Source of the DNA: a virus
Virus record (IMG/VR): IMGVR_UViG_3300035703_000016
Location: 1-64,000 of that record
Length of the DNA stretch: 64,000 nucleotides
Reading direction: 5' to 3' (one strand)
The translations under genes were made by a program, and so were the position numbers. Below, in pieces: positions 58,101 to 64,000 of the stretch. The notes below the pieces were generated by a model. The model worked only from the letters and a program-made list of their open reading frames with translations, was not told the DNA's origin and did not search any database. Each line of letters begins with the position of its first letter. The first letter of the stretch is position 1.

Positions 58101-59524
58101 TTTTCTTTTAGATTATCTTGTGAAGTTTCTCCAAAAAATACAATACCGTCTTTTATATAATAAATCTCTAACCCCTCTACAGTAGATGACTTACTTAAAT
58201 TTTGTTTAATCTTGAAGTTATCTAGTAATGTCTTCGATCTTTTCTTATAATATTCAACGTCTAAATTTGATATTTCTTCTGGTATGACTAATCCAGGAAC
58301 TGCTATAAACTCTCCTGTTCTTGTGTAAATTTTTCTTACTGGAAGAACTTCGGCTGTTTCAGAAACTATAGTCTTTCCGTCTCCGCTGTCTTGTAGATTT
58401 TGATTATTTTTATATTCAGTAAATACTTGAAAATCTCCAGCATTTTTTGAATTTGTGTTAAATAGAACATTACTTAACTTATCAGAAATATCCAATTTTG
58501 CCCAAAGACTTTCGCTTGATTGAATTTTATTTTGAGCCTCTTCAATTGCTTTTTGTTTATCTAATTCTATTTGTTTTAGTATAGCGCTTTTTTCTTTAGA
58601 TTTTTCATTACTCAAATATAACTTTAATTGTTCAAAATAAACATTAGCAAGAGAAGATTTATGAGTAATGGCATAATTTCCTAATACAGATCCAAGCGCT
58701 GTAACTTTTATAATACAATCATACCCACCGTCTTGAGTCAATGTAAAATTAAAAGAAGTAACTAATCCTAACATTCCTCCATAGTTTCCGTAAGATTGTC
58801 TTATATTTGTTGATATTTTTAATCCTATATCTTCTTTTGTAAGTCCAGCTTCAAACGGATTTATCATAAACTGCTCAGACGATTGGATTTTACCAGCATT
58901 ATCATAATACTTTGCATGACCCCACTCCAAAAGAATAGTAAATCCTAAACGAAAATATAATGCATCCATTATGTCAAGCTGATACTTATCCCATACTTTA
59001 AAATTGATGGTAGCTTGTCTAAGAGATCCCATTCTACCTGTTGATTCTACAGTTACAGATGATATTCCAGGCATTGGTTTATACCCAAAGTCTTTTATCT
59101 CTTGCTGACCTAGTAAATTATAAGAATCTAATCCTGATCTTAAATTCATGCCTCTAGTCGTAGATCCGTTAAGATCTCCGATTTCTATATTATTTATACC
59201 TAAAGTGGGTAAATTTAATTGTTGACTTTCAAAAGCATAAGTAGAAGTGCCTCCGTATAAAATAAAATTCTCAGCTAGACTTCTATCATTTGGTAATCCT
59301 AATTGATATGTGCTTTTTAGATAATTTCTAAAATTTTCTTCAAAATTAGCAGAAGATACAACTCTCACCCAAGCTGTTTTATTCGCTAAATAAATTAAAT
59401 CGTCATTTTGTCTCAATTCTCCAGACCCAAGCTCACTTCTTTTTTTTAGTTGACTTGCGGCCCATTCATATATTGGGTAACCAGCTACATTACAAATTCT
59501 TTCTAATTCTTGATTGTTTGGCAT
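55151..59524 (-). CDS. Baseplate hub-like protein with a C-terminal phage tail lysozyme (lysozyme2-type) domain
   Basis: PMPGI..V, G.TILLEWG and GNY..MLG.V..F motifs; C-terminal GN..QES.LNP..GYGLAQWT..R..QLEF..EL. Confidence 0.75.
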   Translation of the reverse strand: MPNNQELERICNVAGYPIYEWAASQLKKRSELGSGELRQNDDLIYLANKTAWVRVVSSANFEENFRNYLKSTYQLGLPNDRSLAENFILYGGTSTYAFESQQLNLPTLGINNIEIGDLNGSTTRGMNLRSGLDSYNLLGQQEIKDFGYKPMPGISSVTVESTGRMGSLRQATINFKVWDKYQLDIMDALYFRLGFTILLEWGHAKYYDNAGKIQSSEQFMINPFEAGLTKEDIGLKISTNIRQSYGNYGGMLGLVTSFNFTLTQDGGYDCIIKVTALGSVLGNYAITHKSSLANVYFEQLKLYLSNEKSKEKSAILKQIELDKQKAIEEAQNKIQSSESLWAKLDISDKLSNVLFNTNSKNAGDFQVFTEYKNNQNLQDSGDGKTIVSETAEVLPVRKIYTRTGEFIAVPGLVIPEEISNLDVEYYKKRSKTLLDNFKIKQNLSKSSTVEGLEIYYIKDGIVFFGETSQDNLKEKYIAITSQPQQKSFGNISVKLDTDYLYRLVNNKIDGVTLLNLDIKIGDRKSSTNYVDILFQESGDNMSYQKNNIKFSITLDISGGSIDTAKSLFSNPNTEYYIDSIETDISSHSKIVLSVKNNSEYKIILGNKISDYSDFGIITSIIGPQNLRENKFLQERNAAIQKAENDALAQLSQKERDLQNEYNAEALRGTVDSESTIELMLRSILLYGVNNATNRQLLSRPEYKDFIKNLFSEGVYAPIFNKGIPWEEDYSKYDDEFFKKYISGTLNSLDRLEANLRYGNNFYLMSGENAYKNDSNSTMILKNQMAKGVIPQVNFKELFKIVPVPYGESCDLEVSSKPKLSVYINLGLFFLMLNHTSLLYNKETVGKLKTGDTLTPVTYLDFNPETNFYLSSINQISIDPYKFIVPYIGKNQDYKKLFNKTLIENDSIKAVLPKLQDTNQQIPIQAPTPLFDFSNDKLSGALPQQKIPKFGGKPDGYIGRLMNVMVDINYLLQDVIQTIKNSSSTNEAYFQTVIEKILTDLNKSMGLYNSFRLSYSDTANCYVITDDQIQIRPDESLQSVHSSIVNSQSDEYEIPIYGKKSIARSFNISTDLSSRLASLIAISSNPGIQDQVSNSKNTSDFGIYNSGSFDRYLPYKFSDPSNSEDESSNLPAAQLAINFNNVVKSIYSISREDGSENQDTLFISRDSINKAMSYYIDKMAKVKNEQPESLHAMIIPVKSNVVMDGMSGLFPFQLYTIDERLLPYRYSSINLSDGAGNLRKTAFSISKISHTISDNQWTTSIDGFMTLIRNPSKGQSEVRDIIPTQVEIQNQDIIPEQINISLPRNANLIYQFFTGKSTPKSKEIFTSEQASAFVGNFWQESRLNPNATQVSTAAPLTPNVGYGLAQWTIKSRQDKLRMFAYKKNKSVSDLYTQLEFVVEELQKDYPNVLSEIKTSSTVEQATKIIMNKYERPKAESANFNGRLAAANTIFKDNTSTLT

Positions 59525-59527
59525 AAC

Positions 59528-59836
59528 CTATCTTACAGTATTAATTGATTTATATTTATTCAAAATTGTTTGTAAATCTGAAGGAAGTCTTAATTGCATT
59601 CCAACTGGTGGGAATAAACTATCTCCTGGAAGAGAATTTGCTGAGGCTATTACCCACCAATAACTAATATCTCCATAGAAATCTAAAGATAAAAGATCTA
59701 ATCTATCCCCAAGAGTAGTTATGACATAACTATCATTATTAGAAAGTGGAATATCTGGATAAATAGCATTTACATAAAACTGTACGCCTCTTGGGTTATT
59801 TTTCGTTGTTTGTATATTTTGATATCTATTTACCAT
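59528..59836 (-). CDS. LysM/gp53-like baseplate wedge protein
   Basis: GDRLDLLS..FYGD..WWVIA.AN...G.QLRLP. Confidence 0.8.
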   Translation of the reverse strand: MVNRYQNIQTTKNNPRGVQFYVNAIYPDIPLSNNDSYVITTLGDRLDLLSLDFYGDISYWWVIASANSLPGDSLFPPVGMQLRLPSDLQTILNKYKSINTVR

Positions 59837-59837
59837 A

Positions 59838-61565
59838 TTATGATTCTATTATTCCAAAATTTGGTTGATTTGTTGTTTGAGCTCTATCAAAAGTCGTCTC
59901 TCTTATTGGATTTGGGTTTTGAGGTAGAGGTTGCAATCCAGATATAGGAACGCCTTCTAATGAACTTTGAGGAGAATCTATAAATCCATTTGTTATTAGA
60001 TTTATGCTGTCAGTTGTTTGTCTCTTAGGAAGTATATTATGTATTGGTTTAAATGAAACAGATATTTCTAAAACATGAGGTAACTCTTGTACATCAGAAG
60101 AAGATTCTAAATTTATTTCCCAAGGAGAACTATTATCTGCTGTTATATTTATACTTTCAATAAACCCAGGAACTCTATATAAATAATCTCCCAATGTTAA
60201 TCTAACTAGAGGAGCTCTCATTACATTAGTATTTGGAGAATAGTCAGGGTAGACTTGAGACATCAAATAATTCAACTTATTATAAAGAGGTTTTAATTCT
60301 ACTCTTGAAAATGCTGCAATTTTAAATGAAAACGATATTTGTCTAGAAAAGCCTTGATAAGTAAAAAATTCCTCTCCTCTTCCCATATATCTAAATGAAT
60401 TTAAAATAGCAGAATTACCGTCTGAAAATCCATTTGTCAATAATGCTCTAAATATAAGAGCTGTACTATAAGAAGTATTATCATTATTAATACATTCAAA
60501 TCCAAGTTTTATAGAATCTTTGTATCCTAATGCCGTCCAAGGATCTTGAGTTTCAAATGTTCTATAAACAGTTGGCATCATCATATTAATCTTATCAGTA
60601 CTTACTGTTATTCTATAGTCGACTGGCTTGCCTTGAGGTAGTCCAGATTGAATCTTTCCTGAATTAGATATACCGATTCTATTTTCCATATTTATCCCAG
60701 GATACCACGTCATTTGCGCACTTCTGTAGTCTTGAGTCGATAATCTAAAGTCTTTTATGTCATTTGTAATTACTGGATTATTTTGAAATGGTCTGGATTG
60801 AGCAATTTGAGCATAGTTCATTACTCCTGGTAATCTATTCATAGTTGTATCTACATATCTGCCTATTGTAGTATTTCCAACTCCATTTCCAGAATCAGGA
60901 CCTCCAGGATAATTAAAAAGAAGTAATTGATTAGTTGAAATTCCTAAACTTTTAGCGGTAAGAGTACTTTCTGCTGCTCCCAAAAATTCATCTAAATTAG
61001 AAAACATATTTGCATTTGACTTAGATATTTTTAATCTATGCAATATTGCTAATCTATTTAATGAAGAGGAATTAGTTATATTCTGAAGATTTACTGTATT
61101 TGCGTAAAAATCATCTTGAATTGCTAAATTAGAAGACCCAATTCTTGAAATATGTCCTCCACTTCCTTGTATTTTTATTTGGTTTAATAAATTTTCTTTA
61201 GAATAAACTCTAGTATTTTCTATTAATCCGGGAAGAGTATTTGTATTTGTTGATATTTTCATACTAGGAGCAGTCTCTATTCTTGGATTCATAAACTGTA
61301 ACATTCTTTGTTTTTCTAAAAATGTCGTACCAGCTTGAGTATCTAAAAATTTACTTATTCTTTGAAAATCAATATCATTAGACGGATAATTTCCACCTCT
61401 TTTTGGAAAATCTATTATAGAAGCGTTCTTTGTTTTTATGTTTCCAGGCTCTACTACTCCATTTGAAGTAAATGTAACAAAAGGCTGACCTGACCATCCC
61501 CCGCCTTTTTGATCATTTCCATATTTTAAAGAAGTTAGATTTGTTTTTAAATTTACTAAAGCCAT
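59838..61565 (-). CDS. Tail-tube initiator / baseplate protein
   Basis: FRA......D, Y.GR.E.F.TY.GF.R.ISF.F, P.VRLT.GD and WEI motifs. Confidence 0.65.
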   Translation of the reverse strand: MALVNLKTNLTSLKYGNDQKGGGWSGQPFVTFTSNGVVEPGNIKTKNASIIDFPKRGGNYPSNDIDFQRISKFLDTQAGTTFLEKQRMLQFMNPRIETAPSMKISTNTNTLPGLIENTRVYSKENLLNQIKIQGSGGHISRIGSSNLAIQDDFYANTVNLQNITNSSSLNRLAILHRLKISKSNANMFSNLDEFLGAAESTLTAKSLGISTNQLLLFNYPGGPDSGNGVGNTTIGRYVDTTMNRLPGVMNYAQIAQSRPFQNNPVITNDIKDFRLSTQDYRSAQMTWYPGINMENRIGISNSGKIQSGLPQGKPVDYRITVSTDKINMMMPTVYRTFETQDPWTALGYKDSIKLGFECINNDNTSYSTALIFRALLTNGFSDGNSAILNSFRYMGRGEEFFTYQGFSRQISFSFKIAAFSRVELKPLYNKLNYLMSQVYPDYSPNTNVMRAPLVRLTLGDYLYRVPGFIESINITADNSSPWEINLESSSDVQELPHVLEISVSFKPIHNILPKRQTTDSINLITNGFIDSPQSSLEGVPISGLQPLPQNPNPIRETTFDRAQTTNQPNFGIIES

Positions 61566-61572
61566 TGTTTAT

Positions 61573-63918
61573 TTAATTTGATGATTGTCCTGGAAGAGAA
61601 TAACTAATATTGGACTGATATTGCCCAACGCTATTGTCTAATGGCGCGTTTGATTGAGCATTTTTAAAATTAGCAGCCGCTATAGCTTGAGAGTCGAGTA
61701 ATGTATAATTTTGTATATTAACAGATACTGGTTGATTATTTTTGTTTGATGGCTGATTCATTATTATTGGGGCGGGTTTATTTCCAACCGCATTTTGAAG
61801 TGCTGACTTTCCAACAGATATCGGCTCTATTCCTATAGCTTTTATAGAATTTGATGCTGTTTCAGAATTTGATCTAATAACACTAGCATAATTTTCCCAT
61901 TTTTTTGTGTCTGTTCCTGGAAGATAGCTAATTGCGTCTGCTACAAAAGCAAATAGATCTCCAAAAAAAGAAACGGCTCCCGCTATTATATTTTTTATCG
62001 TATTTAGAATACCACCTATTTTTTGTGGATTTGATAAATAGTCTATGAAACTCTGTATTTTATCAATTAGTCTAGACCCCTCTACAAAATCCACAATAGA
62101 CGTCTTTATTTTATCTATCATAGCAGCCATTTTTTCTTGAGTAGATGCGTTTACTAGATTATTATACACGTCTTCTCCAAGTGCTTGCGAAAGCTGCTTT
62201 TGAGATTGAAATCTTTGTAATCCAATTTTTAACTGTGTTCTTGCGTTATCTGTATCTTTTGCTCCAAGAATAGAAAGTAGTTCTTGTCTTTTTAACATCT
62301 CTCCAAGTTGATCTCTTGACATTCCAAAAGACTCAGCCATACTCGCAGCAGATATCCTATTCATTTTAAGAAAATCATCAGAAGTCCCCAATTGTTTATT
62401 TATTTCAATCGCAGCGCCAGATAAATCATTATTTAAAAACAATCTCCTTGCTTCTTGTAAATTAATATCTCTGCCAGTCAATAACTGAGCTTCAAATTGT
62501 TTACTAATGCTACTTTCAAAATCTAAAAAAGAATCTGCTAAAGAATCAATATCTTTTAAATTAGTACCAAGAGCTTTTGTAGTAACTACAGCTTTTGATA
62601 TTTTTTCTGGATACTTAGCAAATGATAATCCTAAATACCCTCCTAGTTTATTTGCCTCTTCAAGTATTTTTTGGAAATTTAAACTTATTCCAGTTGCATT
62701 TTTTAAACCTTTAACTTGTGCAGCTATAAATTTTATAGTCTGTTCTGATGTATTTTTAGATATTATAGAATTTTCAACTATATCCGCTCTTACTCCAGCT
62801 TCTATTCCAGCAATATCCTTTAGTTTTATATTTGTTGATAAGATACTGTTTGAGATTTGATTATTTACTCCAAGAGCTTGTCCAAGTTCAACTTGAGAAC
62901 TTAACATTTTCTTAGAAGTAATAAATATGTCATTACTCTGATAAGAAATATTTACATACTCTCTATATAGTCTAGTAGCTTCAGCGGTATTTAATGATAA
63001 ACTTCTTCCTGATTTTACTATTAAATCATTTGTAGACACTATTATATCAAATATATTTGAAAATACTCTAGTAAGACCTCCTAAAATTGGACCTAATAGG
63101 GGTATTTTTTCTAACATAGTGGAAATTCCAAATGTTAAATTTGAAGCAAACCCATCTCCAGCTGGAGTTATAGTTTTTATTCCTTGAGAAAGAGTTGTTC
63201 CTATTTTTTGAGCTAATTTATAAACGCCTATCATAGAGGCTGTTAATATTCCATATAATTGAATTTTTCTTAACTCAGTTTTATTACCGTCTCTTGCTTC
63301 TTCTACAATTTTTGCATATGTATCTTTAAATAATCCAAATTTATTATTTAAAAATCCAACTAATTGACCTGTTTTTCCTAGACTCTTTTCTAATTGTTTT
63401 TCAAATGATAATCTATCTCTAACTTCTTCTGTTAATTTATTTGCTATTGATTGTGTCTCTCTAGAGGCGATGAGTTCTAAACTTTTTGCGTCTAAATTTG
63501 ATTTTATATTATCTAACTGAGCGTCTAATGTTTGTAATATAGATTGTTCTATCTGATACTGTTGAGAGTTTCCAGTCGCTATAGCTCTTTGTAATTTTTT
63601 TGTTTGAGTTTCTATAGATTTTATAGTAGTTTCATATAAATCAGCATTCTGTACTTGCATAAAATTAGCATCAGCAAGCGCTTGATTATATTTTTGTTGA
63701 GCTAATTCCGCTTTTGCTGATGCTTTCTCTAATTCTGATTGTATTCTTTTTGTATTTATAGCCCCCTTATTCATATTATCTATCTTTGACAAGATAGTGT
63801 CATATGACTTAGCCATATTCTTAAGAGAATTAACAGTATCTTTTACAACGTCATTAAATTCTCTATTAACCTGAGCTATTTCTTTTAAATCTCTAGCATT
63901 TATGTTTTCATTCGTCAT
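61573..63918 (-). CDS. Tail tape measure protein
   Basis: Long helical protein with LDFESSI..EAQLLTG..INL..AR; upstream of the baseplate genes. Confidence 0.8.
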   Translation of the reverse strand: MTNENINARDLKEIAQVNREFNDVVKDTVNSLKNMAKSYDTILSKIDNMNKGAINTKRIQSELEKASAKAELAQQKYNQALADANFMQVQNADLYETTIKSIETQTKKLQRAIATGNSQQYQIEQSILQTLDAQLDNIKSNLDAKSLELIASRETQSIANKLTEEVRDRLSFEKQLEKSLGKTGQLVGFLNNKFGLFKDTYAKIVEEARDGNKTELRKIQLYGILTASMIGVYKLAQKIGTTLSQGIKTITPAGDGFASNLTFGISTMLEKIPLLGPILGGLTRVFSNIFDIIVSTNDLIVKSGRSLSLNTAEATRLYREYVNISYQSNDIFITSKKMLSSQVELGQALGVNNQISNSILSTNIKLKDIAGIEAGVRADIVENSIISKNTSEQTIKFIAAQVKGLKNATGISLNFQKILEEANKLGGYLGLSFAKYPEKISKAVVTTKALGTNLKDIDSLADSFLDFESSISKQFEAQLLTGRDINLQEARRLFLNNDLSGAAIEINKQLGTSDDFLKMNRISAASMAESFGMSRDQLGEMLKRQELLSILGAKDTDNARTQLKIGLQRFQSQKQLSQALGEDVYNNLVNASTQEKMAAMIDKIKTSIVDFVEGSRLIDKIQSFIDYLSNPQKIGGILNTIKNIIAGAVSFFGDLFAFVADAISYLPGTDTKKWENYASVIRSNSETASNSIKAIGIEPISVGKSALQNAVGNKPAPIIMNQPSNKNNQPVSVNIQNYTLLDSQAIAAANFKNAQSNAPLDNSVGQYQSNISYSLPGQSSN

Positions 63919-63938
63919 GTATACTCGTGTCTATATGA

Positions 63939-63946
63939 ATAAATAT
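63939..63946 (-). promoter_or_regulatory. ATATTTAT box, second (middle/late) promoter class
   Basis: Same 8-mer 10-25 nt upstream of ATGs at 14291, 21701, 32013, 45186, 48124 and 53099. Confidence 0.55.
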
Positions 63947-64000
63947 CTATTAATTTATTTTTTAGACTTAGATACAAAATCAGGAGTCTTTGTTATTGCT

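Noticed and set aside
444-63918. Genome-wide stop-codon reassignment (code 4, 15 or 25)
   Set aside because: Long conserved genes are intact in code 11, and TAG, TGA and TAA all serve as real stops followed closely by the next gene

Overview
A 64-kb, very AT-rich segment of a large tailed dsDNA phage, probably a myovirus, with essentially all real genes on the minus strand. A Bacteroidota host is inferred from TAnnTTT(A)-type promoter boxes and A-rich starts without Shine-Dalgarno sites. In transcription order (right to left) it holds four regions. (1) Tail and baseplate genes at 54.5-63.9 kb: tape measure, tube-initiator-like protein, LysM/gp53-like wedge and a hub with a tail-lysozyme domain. 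(2) Replication and nucleotide metabolism at 32-54.4 kb: two family-A polymerase-like genes, gp32-like SSB, RecA, 5'-3' exonuclease, DnaB, class I RNR, GroES/GroEL, dUTPase, dCMP deaminase, and a dCMP-hydroxymethylase-like enzyme fused to an aGPT-pyrophosphorylase-like domain. (3) A glycosyltransferase/methyltransferase island with an Acb1-like 2H phosphoesterase, next to ClpP, at 21.7-31.7 kb. (4) An accessory early region at 1-21 kb made of small gene cassettes, many with their own repeated promoter and hairpin leader. The most unusual elements are a ~220-nt structured RNA that appears to mimic the 23S rRNA L11-binding GTPase centre (H43/H44), two tRNA-shaped RNAs with aberrant anticodon domains, three paralogous combinatorial (Cys-X-X)n proteins, and several small genes interrupted by single in-frame stops. 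All protein calls come from motif recognition by eye; no searches were run.
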